A program made the translations under genes and the position numbers. Under the pieces are notes generated by a model that was not told where the DNA came from, searched no databases, and saw only the letters and a program-made list of their open reading frames with translations. From the sequence record LR756504.1: a stretch of DNA of 64,000 nt; one strand, 5' to 3'. This document shows, in pieces, positions 48,021 through 57,896 of the stretch (position 1 is the stretch's first letter; each line of letters opens with the position of its first letter).

Positions 48021-48407
48021 CTATTTTACAGGAACATTAAAATTTTTAGCAAAATCAATTATAGCTTGTTTTAGGAATTTTATATTATCCTCTGTTGCTT
48101 TATACTTAACTTTAAGATAATTACACATAATATCTAATTTATCTTTATAAATTGGTTTGGGATTTTTAGAAAATAATGCTAATATTACACGTTTCATACT
48201 ATCAACACTTTCGTTAGCATCTTTAAATACTTGTATCATTTCATCCATAGTGCCAAATTTTTTAATCAATTTGTCAATATCAATTTCATTAGCAAATTCA
48301 AATATCTTCTTTAACAAATCGATATTATTGATTAATTTTAATACATCACCAAATCCTTCAGTAGATTCATTGATAGTATATTGGTTAAACGATTTTATAT
48401 GTTTCAT
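48021..48407 (-). CDS. Helical protein with capsid-targeting-like N-terminus
   Basis: True start MKHIKSFNQYTINE|S at 48407; TATATATA upstream. Confidence 0.75.
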   Translation of the reverse strand: MKHIKSFNQYTINESTEGFGDVLKLINNIDLLKKIFEFANEIDIDKLIKKFGTMDEMIQVFKDANESVDSMKRVILALFSKNPKPIYKDKLDIMCNYLKVKYKATEDNIKFLKQAIIDFAKNFNVPVK

Positions 48408-48455
48408 ATAGGTATATATATTATATATATAACAAAAATAAGACAAGAGAAAAAA

Positions 48456-49754
48456 ATGTCTAAATTAATACCGCTTACTCAATTAAACATCGAAAACTTT
48501 ATAGAATTATTAAAAGATTCTGAAATATTAGTATATGAAAATATACAAGGTTCTAAGATATTTTTTAAATATGATGGAAATAACATCATTATTAAAGCTA
48601 GGAATCTTAACTCCGATCCAATCAATAGAATTGATTTAGCACTTCAAAAGTATTACAATCCTGTGTGGAATTATCTTGAAGGATTAGACGAAAGAGTTAA
48701 AAAATTAATACCTAAAAATTGGTGGTTTTGTTGTAATTTTTTCTTTGATGAACAACCATCACATGTTAGATATGATAAACTACCAAAGAATAATTTAATT
48801 TTAACATCAATAGTTAAAGACAATAAATTTATATTTGATTATAATGAAGTGTGTGAATATTCAAATTTATTTGATATAGATTTTCAACCTGTTATTTTTA
48901 AAGGCAAAATGACAGATAAACAATTAGAGTTAATAACATATTTCTTAAATACATCACCAGATGATTTAGAATATATTTTCGGAGAAAATAACTTTGCATA
49001 TTTTTTCTACAAAATTTTAAATCCCCAAATATCAAATTCCATTTTGATGGATGATGGAAACTTTCAAACAAATTTAGAAAAATTAATTATAAGAATTGAT
49101 AGTGACGAAGAGATAGCATTTTCGGTGTTAAATCCTCTTTACAAACAAGCACAGGCAGAAAAAAGCGAACATGTTGATGTATATACTATACTTTTAGCTG
49201 AGTTCTTAGAATTTCTTCAATTAGTAAGTTTTGATAAATTACCACTAAAATCTAATACAGGTGATGAATTATATTTAGAATTAATGTCGGCTTTATTTAA
49301 TTCTTATTGTAAAAATAGAGAAATAAAAATTACAAATTTCGATTTTAATATTCCCATATTTTTTCAAGCAGATAAATATAAAATTAATATCGATTTAGTA
49401 CAGAATACCCAAACACGTTATTGGGTATCAAAAAATCCTAAATTTGAATATTTCTTTAAAATTATTTTAAGTTCTTTTAGACATAAAAAGAAAAAAGCTA
49501 TTGGCGTATTTAATGATACAACTTTGAAAATTTTTAATGATGCAGTTGATAGAATAACTTCAACAATTGATAAGAAATTAAAAATTGAAAGAGAATTAAA
49601 GATTGATAAAGATAAGCTGATGGGATTTAATGATTTTTATGAAATAAAATATCCTGCTGATGCCAGCGGCTCTGTATACCCCGACTTATATAAAGATTTA
49701 AGCTCGGAAGTAGAAGTTGGAAATAAAAATAAAACTATTACAAAGAAGAAGTAA
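48456..49754 (+). CDS. Degenerate RNA-ligase-fold protein (catalytic Lys apparently absent)
   Basis: VYENIQGSKI in place of YEKxDG, QPVIFKG, EKLIIR; start MSKLIP at 48456. Confidence 0.45.
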   Translation: MSKLIPLTQLNIENFIELLKDSEILVYENIQGSKIFFKYDGNNIIIKARNLNSDPINRIDLALQKYYNPVWNYLEGLDERVKKLIPKNWWFCCNFFFDEQPSHVRYDKLPKNNLILTSIVKDNKFIFDYNEVCEYSNLFDIDFQPVIFKGKMTDKQLELITYFLNTSPDDLEYIFGENNFAYFFYKILNPQISNSILMDDGNFQTNLEKLIIRIDSDEEIAFSVLNPLYKQAQAEKSEHVDVYTILLAEFLEFLQLVSFDKLPLKSNTGDELYLELMSALFNSYCKNREIKITNFDFNIPIFFQADKYKINIDLVQNTQTRYWVSKNPKFEYFFKIILSSFRHKKKKAIGVFNDTTLKIFNDAVDRITSTIDKKLKIERELKIDKDKLMGFNDFYEIKYPADASGSVYPDLYKDLSSEVEVGNKNKTITKKK

Positions 49755-49845
49755 AATAAACTATGATAGGTAGCTTCATATTACTTATCTTATAATTTTA
49801 TATCATATATATAGATGTAGCAATTAAACATATTTATACCACTAT

Positions 49846-50400
49846 TTATATTTTTAAATTATTATCTTCTAATATCTTTTTTATGTTTTCTATCGTATTT
49901 TCAAAATAATGTTTTTCTCTATGACAATTAGAACACAATAAATCACATTTATCTACTTCTTTTAATATATTTGACCATTTACTATTAGATAATATTCTTG
50001 TATTTAAAGAAAATTCTTTCATATTAGAATCTTTATGATGAAATTCTAATGCTGTTATATTTTTATTGTACCCACATTCTTCACACCCACCACCCTTTAA
50101 TTCAATAAGATTTATTTTTCTTTGAAATCCTTTTAATTCTTTATAATGTATTCCACTTATTTTTCCACCATTATTATAAAAATCTTTTTGTTTACATTTA
50201 TTAGAACAAAATTTTGTTCTATTTCCTTGTAAATTACTATTACAAATTTTACATTTAAGATTATTGTATAATACCGTAGTATTATGACAATTAAAAGGTG
50301 AACAATCTAAACAATACTTCCTATTATTAAAATTTCTTTTTTTACCATCTATTAACATGGTATTCGGAAATTCAGAATTACACTTATTACAATTTTTCAT
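49846..50400 (-). CDS. HNH homing endonuclease
   Basis: Zn-finger CxxC pairs; CEECGY...ALEFHH...KCDLLCSNCHREKH; just downstream of a tRNA. Confidence 0.88.
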   Translation of the reverse strand: MKNCNKCNSEFPNTMLIDGKKRNFNNRKYCLDCSPFNCHNTTVLYNNLKCKICNSNLQGNRTKFCSNKCKQKDFYNNGGKISGIHYKELKGFQRKINLIELKGGGCEECGYNKNITALEFHHKDSNMKEFSLNTRILSNSKWSNILKEVDKCDLLCSNCHREKHYFENTIENIKKILEDNNLKI

Positions 50401-50469
50401 TATATACTTTTTTTAGTATATATAAAAATTGTTAGCTATGTTTAATACATATAACTTTTAAGGCTATTG

Positions 50470-50546
50470 TGGGCCCTGGGGGATTCGAACCCAAAACCAA
50501 CCACCTGTGTATGAGACAGTTGCACCACCAATTGTGCTAAGGGCCC
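50470..50546 (-). tRNA. tRNA with CAT anticodon, Ile2-like, 4-nt bulge in T-stem
   Basis: GGGCCCT/AGGGCCC acceptor + A73, GCAC/GTGC D-stem, CTGT-CTCATAC-ACAG, GG(TTTT)GGG-TTCGAAT-CCCCC. Confidence 0.75.
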
Positions 50547-50553
50547 TTTTTTA

Positions 50554-50718
50554 TTAAAATTGTGTAATTCCTGTAAAGTGTTTGAATACAAAGTTTGAAA
50601 TTTCGGCATGTTCAATAAGAATTTCATCCATAGCATCCATCTCTGATTGATTTAAAGGTTTAGTATCAACCTCATTCAAAATATTAACGGAATTTAATAT
50701 ATTATTGTTATTTACCAT
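50554..50718 (-). CDS. 54-aa hypothetical protein (below track cutoff)
   Basis: MVNNNNIL...GITQF; host promoter TAACTTTG 50736-50743 with TTTG 20 nt upstream; co-directional with tRNA. Confidence 0.55.
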   Translation of the reverse strand: MVNNNNILNSVNILNEVDTKPLNQSEMDAMDEILIEHAEISNFVFKHFTGITQF

Positions 50719-50783
50719 ATACATTTATTACTCTACAAAGTTAGCAAATAAATTTAATGTATACAAATTATTTTATATATTAT

Positions 50784-51428
50784 TTACAAAGAAATATTAA
50801 GTTTTGTGAATGTAGTTCCTGCTAAATTAGCACCCTCTTTAAAAAATATTTTTGCTTTATCTATATCTTTAATTTCGGCTATAACTTTAACTTTAAAAAT
50901 ATTAGGAATTAACATTTTAAATTCGGTGAATTTTTCCAATGTGGTAGTTTTATCTATTAATCCAGAAGAAGTTACTACATCTTTAATTCCAACTTCTTTA
51001 AAAAATTCTATTGTATCTTTAATATAATCTGCTGAATCTATACCAAATTCTAACATTGGTCTAATTATTTTACCTTGTGATAAGGCTTTAAGTACCACGC
51101 TTCTCCACTGTTCTTTTTCTAAAATATATTTCTTATCCCACGGAAATTCAATTTCATCAGCTTTAACACTTTCAATTTCTCTAAAAACTCTTGATGACGA
51201 GAATAATTTAGGATAATTTACTAATGCTATTTTCTTACATGGTATTTCTTCAAAATGCTCTATATTTTCAGAAAATGTAGCAATTGCTCTAAAATTGTTT
51301 AATTTAACAACTTTATAAATATCTCTTAATCTAGTAGTAGACAAATCATCTAAAATATAATAATAATCAAGTTTAGCACCCGTAGCATTATATTTCTCTT
51401 GGAATAATTCGAATGATTTAATAGACAT
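50784..51428 (-). CDS. DeoC-like TIM-barrel protein lacking catalytic Lys, capsid-targeting-like start
   Basis: MSIKSFELFQE|K; ADEIEF, GIKDVVTSSG (vs FIKTSTG), KVKVIAEI (vs VKASGGI), GANLAGTT. Confidence 0.6.
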   Translation of the reverse strand: MSIKSFELFQEKYNATGAKLDYYYILDDLSTTRLRDIYKVVKLNNFRAIATFSENIEHFEEIPCKKIALVNYPKLFSSSRVFREIESVKADEIEFPWDKKYILEKEQWRSVVLKALSQGKIIRPMLEFGIDSADYIKDTIEFFKEVGIKDVVTSSGLIDKTTTLEKFTEFKMLIPNIFKVKVIAEIKDIDKAKIFFKEGANLAGTTFTKLNISL

Positions 51429-51455
51429 GAACTATATATAAAAAATAACAGGATA

Positions 51456-51905
51456 TTATTCCTTACTTTTTAATAAGCTATTAACAGTATTAAGGCTACG
51501 ACTCACTTTATCTATTATTGCAAGTCTTTCATCTTTATCAACAATCATATTACCATTATATACCATAGAAACATCTCCACTAGCAAATGATATTATAATT
51601 TCCGATTCAACTGAGCCATTATTAATTTTCTTACATGTATAGTAGTTTAAATTACTTCCATTAAATAACATTTCTTCTATTGTATATTGAGACTTATATG
51701 AATGCTATATTGTAATTGTCGCTCTTAATGGTAGCCCACCTTTAATATGAATATCATAAAATTCAATGTATCCACTTTCAAATGTTTTATCTTTAAAAAA
51801 TGATAGTTTTTGTTCCTTTAAAACAGGATACACTTTTGTTGTGTCTTGCGCTTTTACACTGAAACTCAACAGAATTAGAACGATAATGATAAATATTTGC
51901 TTCAT
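51456..51905 (-). pseudogene. Secreted protein split by one in-frame TAG (51705-51707)
   Basis: Signal-peptide ORF 51705-51905 and ORF 51456-51671 are in frame, joined by HSYKSQYTIEE (33 nt). Confidence 0.6.
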
Positions 51906-52003
51906 TTCATATATATAAAAGTGTGAATATTCTTTTAAAATAAAAAGGATTGTAATTTTACTTCTATTTTACAACCCTTTTCTATATTTATATAAATATT
52001 TTA

Positions 52004-53494
52004 TTATTGTATAATCATCCTCTTAGTAGTTACACCTTTGTTTGTTTTTATTGATACAATTATTAATCCTTTCATAGCAGTTGTTATATCAGTGCCATTG
52101 AAAATTGCTTTTTCTGTTTGTCCCAATTGATTAGTTAACATTACTTCAACCACATCAAAGGAAGTTGCGATATTAAATGTACCACTGTTTGGATTTGGGT
52201 ATAATATTAAATCTGATTCGGAAATTTTATTTTCAACACCAGTCGTTACATTACCAAATAATACTGAATCGGACTCAGCAATTCCTGATATTTGTGTAAT
52301 ACCCACTTTATAATAACCTGATTGTGTTGGTGTATAAGAATATGATGTAGCACCTAAAACTTCTGTAAATGTTGAAGATGTTCTAAGTCCAGGAGCAGAT
52401 TCAGAATAATACCATTTATACGAAGCATTATCAACTACAATCGTGGACAATGATGTATTATTATCTACAGTTATGATTGGATTTGCATCAAAGTCATATA
52501 CATAAATACCTGTAGTAGTAGCTAAATACAAATCGCCTTCATCACTAATTTCAATATCTCTAATCCCTGTTGATAAAACAATACCGTGTGAGAAATTAGT
52601 ACCATCATATTTTTCAACTTTCATAGTTGTAGTACCATACTTGTAAGTATACCAAATATTACCATCTTTATCATAGGTAGCATAGGTAGCTTTAGTGATT
52701 GGCATACCATCTTTTGTAATAAATGATTTAGTTTTAGTTGCAATATCAAAGATTCTAACATAACCACCAGATGTAAATACAAACTTAGTAAAATCACTAT
52801 TTACTGATAAATTGGATACAACACCCGAAGTATAATATGTAGTTTTAGTATCATTTTTAATATCCCAATCCACTATAACTGGTGATATTAGTACACCATC
52901 ACCTGATGCGTACCATACGTGGTCTCCCCAATCTGTTGATGTAGTAGTACCTGCTACCCATTCTTTATAAATATGTCTTCGTGTAGTATCAAGTAAAATT
53001 GAATTATAAGAAATTGGTGCAGTTATAGTACCAACTGCATAGTTTCCACTACCATCATTTGAAGATAGTCCCATTACACCGCCACAAAAATCAACACCAG
53101 TTACACTATTTGTTGGCGCATAACTTGTAACATACCCGCTTGATGAACCCATATTTACATTATGATTAGTCCAAGTAGTTCCATTAAAAATAGAAACACC
53201 ATTAAGTCTACCCGCAATAACATTACCATTTACACATTTTATATAACTAACAGTGCGGGCTGTTGAAGTACTTGTTGCTAGATTGTATGTAGCTTCATCA
53301 TTTGGGTTATTTTTATTATATCTATATACGCCCTCTGTTGTACCAGCATATACATTTCCGTTATCATCAAAATCAATGCTATATACACTGTTTGATGGAA
53401 TTTTAGAATTTGTTGTTGTTTTTTGATTAAGAACTTGACCATAAGTAATAATCATAGAAACAAACATTAAAATTAGCGTGAATAGAGTTTTCAT
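52004..53494 (-). CDS. Secreted beta-propeller protein with T9SS type A sorting domain
   Basis: Signal peptide; IPSNSVYSIDFD..GN, D.DGNIW propeller repeats; C-terminal LILYPNP..G.FNI...KMIIQ; host promoter TAAATTTG 53531-53538. Confidence 0.85.
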   Translation of the reverse strand: MKTLFTLILMFVSMIITYGQVLNQKTTTNSKIPSNSVYSIDFDDNGNVYAGTTEGVYRYNKNNPNDEATYNLATSTSTARTVSYIKCVNGNVIAGRLNGVSIFNGTTWTNHNVNMGSSSGYVTSYAPTNSVTGVDFCGGVMGLSSNDGSGNYAVGTITAPISYNSILLDTTRRHIYKEWVAGTTTSTDWGDHVWYASGDGVLISPVIVDWDIKNDTKTTYYTSGVVSNLSVNSDFTKFVFTSGGYVRIFDIATKTKSFITKDGMPITKATYATYDKDGNIWYTYKYGTTTMKVEKYDGTNFSHGIVLSTGIRDIEISDEGDLYLATTTGIYVYDFDANPIITVDNNTSLSTIVVDNASYKWYYSESAPGLRTSSTFTEVLGATSYSYTPTQSGYYKVGITQISGIAESDSVLFGNVTTGVENKISESDLILYPNPNSGTFNIATSFDVVEVMLTNQLGQTEKAIFNGTDITTAMKGLIIVSIKTNKGVTTKRMIIQ

Positions 53495-53591
53495 ATTTTG
53501 CTTTAATTTAATTGAATTTGAATAACAATACAAATTTACAAACAATATTACAGAAAAGCAAAAAACTTCATATTATTTTTTTAAAAAAAAG

Positions 53592-53636
53592 ACAAGGAAA
53601 TAAGAGAATATTAAAATAATACTCTTATTTCCTTGT
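53592..53636. terminator. 15-bp perfect inverted repeat downstream of sigma gene
   Basis: ACAAGGAAATAAGAG (53592-53606) / CTCTTATTTCCTTGT (53622-53636). Confidence 0.65.
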
Positions 53637-53661
53637 AAAATTATGTTTTTAATGTTAATAA

Positions 53662-54255
53662 TTATACACCTGTATGATCAATTTCCCAAAATGAGCCTTT
53701 ATCCAATCTTTCTAACTCAGGTTTTATATATTTCTGTAGTAATAATCTACCTTGACGAATTCTCGATTTAATAGTATTTTCATTCAATTTTAAAACATCT
53801 GAGATTTCTTTATATGTAAATCCATCTATTTCTCTCATTGTTAATACTGTCGCATACTTTTTTGGTAAATCTGGTATTTTTCTTTTTATAATTTCAGCTT
53901 TTTTAAGTATCATGGTATCTACCATATTCATATTTCTATTATCCGACATAAGAAAATCTCCTATATTAGCACCGTCATGATCTTCTTCTATAGACTCAAA
54001 TTTCTTTTTCACCTTCATTCTTTGAATCATAAGTCTCTTAGTAATAGTGAATAACCAAGTTGAAAACTGTGATTTTTCAAAATCATATTTCCTGATTTCG
54101 TTTAATGCTTTTTCAAAACCATCATCAGCTACTTCTTCTGCTTCGGCTAAATCATTAGACATTCGCATTAAATACCAAATCAATTTTGGTCTATATTTTT
54201 TATAAAAATCATCAAAATTTATTCCAGTTTTCTCGTAGAATAATTGCTCAATCAT
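53662..54255 (-). CDS. ECF-type sigma-70 factor
   Basis: AEEVADD.F.KA, FSTWLFTITK, LTMREIDGFTYKEISDVL...TIKSRIRQGR. Confidence 0.9.
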   Translation of the reverse strand: MIEQLFYEKTGINFDDFYKKYRPKLIWYLMRMSNDLAEAEEVADDGFEKALNEIRKYDFEKSQFSTWLFTITKRLMIQRMKVKKKFESIEEDHDGANIGDFLMSDNRNMNMVDTMILKKAEIIKRKIPDLPKKYATVLTMREIDGFTYKEISDVLKLNENTIKSRIRQGRLLLQKYIKPELERLDKGSFWEIDHTGV

Positions 54256-54500
54256 AATTGCTGTCCCTCTGTTCCGTTAATTTTACTTATTTTATTGTTT
54301 GTGTTTGAGCGTAATAATGGTGTCAATTTTACCACATATGTGGATTTTAGTGTGGATTTAATTTTACATATATTCTACAAAATAGCATGAGGTTATCACT
54401 ATTTTTGAATATTTTTATATTTTTCTTACACCACATTAAAAAATTTTAATAATTTTGTACATATAATAAAACACTTTTACATTATTTTGATATAAAGTAC

Positions 54501-55640
54501 ATGAATTTAGACATAGACTACATAAAAAACGTAATAAAAAATATCTTAGAAACGAATCATAATATCAAGAGTAAGAAGGAAGTAAGGCTATCTCCAACAT
54601 CATCTAATCCAGACAGATTAAATTTTGCATGTCCTATTTGTGGAGATTCGGAGAGAAACACTTCTAAAAAAAGAGGTAATTTATACATTAAAAGTCTAAG
54701 ATTCAAATGTTTTAACTGCGGTGAAACCGAAACCTTCTTTTCTTTTGCTAAAAGATTTGACCAAGAGATAGATTTAGATAAAAAAATCCAAATGGTTGAT
54801 TATATCAACGAAAATATGGATAAAATCAGATGGACAGAAGATGATTTTGTTGTAAATAATCTAAATAAGCTAATACCTATAGAAGATTTAACAAAATATT
54901 TCGAAACTAATGAAAATTCACCAATAACTGATTTTAGACCAGTTCAAAAAGGAGGAAAAATATTTAATTATCTAAATGATAGAAAAATATTTAATCACGA
55001 TGATATTTACGAAGGTACATATTGGCATACAAGAAAATGGTGTGAGCCAATATTAATCAATATAAATCAATCTAAAGGTAAAGTGCTTGGTATTCAAGTA
55101 AGAAATATTAAAGGTAGAGATACTCGTTTTTATAAAATTTACGCATTTTCAGAGCTTTATAAAAGAGTTTATAAAACAGATATTGATGATATTGAAAAAT
55201 TAGGATATGATAAATTAAGCTATTTATACAACATATTAAAAGTTAATTGGGAACAACCGATAACAGTTTTTGAAGGATTTTTGGATACAAAGTTCTTTCC
55301 AAATGCTATAGGTTGCGTAGGAACTAACACCGATCTTACATTCCTTCTTAATCAAGATATAAAAATTAGATTCTTTTATGATTATGATAAAGCAGGTTTA
55401 AAAAAACAAAAAGAAATGATTAATGATGGACAAAGCGTATTCTTATGGGAAAGATTTTTCGAAGAGTGGGCATCAACAAGCAAAAATCCAACATCGGCTC
55501 TATATAAATTAAAATCACATATAGTAGATTTAAATGATATAGGGAGGCTAATCAATAACCCATATAAATCATTAGAATTGGAAAAACACTTTTCTGTTGA
55601 TGAAATGGATTTATTTTGGATAAAAGATTTAAACCATTAA
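54501..55640 (+). CDS. DNA primase (T4 gp61-like)
   Basis: FACPICGDS...KRG...KCFNCG zinc finger; TVFEGFLD TOPRIM; YDYDKAG. Confidence 0.85.
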   Translation: MNLDIDYIKNVIKNILETNHNIKSKKEVRLSPTSSNPDRLNFACPICGDSERNTSKKRGNLYIKSLRFKCFNCGETETFFSFAKRFDQEIDLDKKIQMVDYINENMDKIRWTEDDFVVNNLNKLIPIEDLTKYFETNENSPITDFRPVQKGGKIFNYLNDRKIFNHDDIYEGTYWHTRKWCEPILININQSKGKVLGIQVRNIKGRDTRFYKIYAFSELYKRVYKTDIDDIEKLGYDKLSYLYNILKVNWEQPITVFEGFLDTKFFPNAIGCVGTNTDLTFLLNQDIKIRFFYDYDKAGLKKQKEMINDGQSVFLWERFFEEWASTSKNPTSALYKLKSHIVDLNDIGRLINNPYKSLELEKHFSVDEMDLFWIKDLNH

Positions 55641-55650
55641 TATATAAAAA

Positions 55651-56112
55651 GTGAAATTAAAAGAAAATAAGAATCGAATAAAAAAATGGACATTCAAAGA
55701 TGCTACTGAATGGTTTATGAATTTTCCATTGGTGAAAGCATTCTACTTAGAAGGAAAAGACTTTAAGGATATGATGAATATCTTTTCTATTTTATTAATG
55801 GAAAAATTAAATATAAATCATAGACAAGATATTCCAACAACGGAAGAAGTTAAAGAAGCTTTAAAACAATTGAAGAATGTACCTAAAATAATGCCATTTG
55901 TTGCACTATTGCTTATGCCTATACCAGGTGTATTAACTAGTTATACATTAATTTCATTTTTATTACACAAACTCAGTGGCGGACAAATAAATATACTTCC
56001 TGATAAATTCAATATAGTTATTGACGATTTAAAAGATAAGAAAGTATTCACATTTCTTAAAAATAATAAAAAGAAACCCACCGAACTTCCATCAAAGTCT
56101 GAAGATGAATAA
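55651..56112 (+). CDS. Hypothetical membrane-associated protein (GTG start)
   Basis: PFVALLLMPIPGVL hydrophobic segment; AATATATA upstream. Confidence 0.65.
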   Translation: MKLKENKNRIKKWTFKDATEWFMNFPLVKAFYLEGKDFKDMMNIFSILLMEKLNINHRQDIPTTEEVKEALKQLKNVPKIMPFVALLLMPIPGVLTSYTLISFLLHKLSGGQINILPDKFNIVIDDLKDKKVFTFLKNNKKKPTELPSKSEDE

Positions 56113-56114
56113 TA

Positions 56115-57896
56115 TTATGTTATAGTAAAACTAACAGTTGAACTCATTAAAAATAACCCGTGATTATCATACACAGTTATTTTTACAGTATGTACTCCTA
56201 TAATACCTATCCAACCTTTTGTATAAGTACTACCAGATAAATAAACACCATTTCCTATAGAAATACTATCTACAAAGAATTCGACATAATTAATACCATC
56301 ATCAATATCCGTAGCCGTAGCTGAAAACGTAAGTGATTGTCCAGCAGAACCCCATGTTCCTGCACCTGATGGATCTGACATTACTGCCGAATTAGGTGGT
56401 AAATTAGTTACTGTAGTTATTGATATTGGTGGTGAATAATTAATTCCTTCTTCACCCAAATTATCAACCGCTCTTGCTGTATATGAATATGTTCCTGCTG
56501 ATGGTAAAGTGTGAACTATTTGATATGGTGAAGTATTATCAGAATCACCAGTATAAATACCACCCTTATATAACTTTATTGATGAAATTGTACCATCAAC
56601 ATCTGTTGCAGTTGATGTAAAAGTTACTAAATCTCCACTAAAATATGTACTATTATAAACAGGTGATGAAACAGTGAATGTATTAACTATGGGTGTAGTG
56701 TTTTGTGCTACAGTATAATTCAATGGTTTTGTAAGTATAATATCATTAGTTGAATTTTTTATTTCAATAACACCCCACGCAGAACCATTAGTTGCTAATG
56801 GAACTAAATCATAATTAACAGTAAATGTGAATGTACCACTTGTCATTGTAATTGGGGATGTAATAACTGTAGCATTAAAACTTCCGCTATTGCTTGAAAG
56901 TTTATTCGACACATTTCCGCTATCTTTAAATATTACACTCATTGTATCATTAACATCATTCATAACAGGTATGTATACAGTATACGATCCTGATGTAGAT
57001 TGATACTCTGCTAAATTTGTTGAATCTATATTAATATTAGAATGACATGTTAAATATGTATAATTAATATTAAATGATTCTGATGTTTTTATAACATACA
57101 CTTTAAGTTTTTTACTTGAGTCTATAGTAAAAATTGGTTTTTGTGCTAATGGTGAAATAGTAAATGGAAAATTAGCAGTTGAATCATAAGTATATCCATA
57201 ATGTGTTGGTGTAGTTGTATAAATAGGGCTTCCACTCGAATTATTTATTGTTGTTGGTGAACCACTACTTATAATACCATCAGTTTTATTTTGTATAGTA
57301 AATTTAATGGTATCATCTGATTGTATAGCATAAGCATGTAATTTTACGGGTATTGATGATGATGCTAAACTAATATCTAATGTACTATTAGATGGTGTTG
57401 GTATTGTTATTGGTGATATAGTAAAAGTTTTTTTACCATTAGCATCAGCATAATATGAATTTGAAATGTTGAATGTAAAATCTCTTTCAAAATCAATAAT
57501 ACCTTCATTTAATCTAATTATAATAGTATATGCAATTTCTGTTAAAAAAGTTGACGGGCTATAATTAAATCTCAAACTATTTTTAGCAGAGCTAATAGTA
57601 TATGTATTTGCAACATCACCATTTACATTAGATGTAGAATATGTATTTCCATTTTTAATTAATTGAATTTCTGTTGCACTAATATTAGTAGCTTCTCTTA
57701 TATAAACATTTAAAGCATTATAACCAGATGTAGAATTAATATAATTATAATCAGCAAAAATACTATCTAAATTAGAATTAAAAATTAATTCCACATCAAG
57801 ATAAGTTTTACTATTATATCTAACATCCCATTTCGATAGAATGAAATCTGCAATTTCATTAATATTTTCTGAACTTCTAATTATCCCTTTATTCAT
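56115..57896 (-). CDS. Structural protein with two C-terminal Ig-like (Big) domains
   Basis: VTF.STATDVDG.I..I..Y...SPY...GTYSYTARAVDNLG repeated. Confidence 0.75.
   Translation of the reverse strand: MNKGIIRSSENINEIADFILSKWDVRYNSKTYLDVELIFNSNLDSIFADYNYINSTSGYNALNVYIREATNISATEIQLIKNGNTYSTSNVNGDVANTYTISSAKNSLRFNYSPSTFLTEIAYTIIIRLNEGIIDFERDFTFNISNSYYADANGKKTFTISPITIPTPSNSTLDISLASSSIPVKLHAYAIQSDDTIKFTIQNKTDGIISSGSPTTINNSSGSPIYTTTPTHYGYTYDSTANFPFTISPLAQKPIFTIDSSKKLKVYVIKTSESFNINYTYLTCHSNINIDSTNLAEYQSTSGSYTVYIPVMNDVNDTMSVIFKDSGNVSNKLSSNSGSFNATVITSPITMTSGTFTFTVNYDLVPLATNGSAWGVIEIKNSTNDIILTKPLNYTVAQNTTPIVNTFTVSSPVYNSTYFSGDLVTFTSTATDVDGTISSIKLYKGGIYTGDSDNTSPYQIVHTLPSAGTYSYTARAVDNLGEEGINYSPPISITTVTNLPPNSAVMSDPSGAGTWGSAGQSLTFSATATDIDDGINYVEFFVDSISIGNGVYLSGSTYTKGWIGIIGVHTVKITVYDNHGLFLMSSTVSFTIT

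Noticed and set aside
50442-50636. 64-aa minus-strand ORF
   Set aside because: Reads through the tRNA(CAT) gene and overlaps the better-supported 50554-50718 ORF
54256-54400. CCACATATGTGG palindrome, AAATCCACA repeats and ATG-TGG-TAA mini-ORF upstream of the sigma gene
   Set aside because: Short and single-instance, with no terminator or antiterminator; cannot be distinguished from chance without homologs
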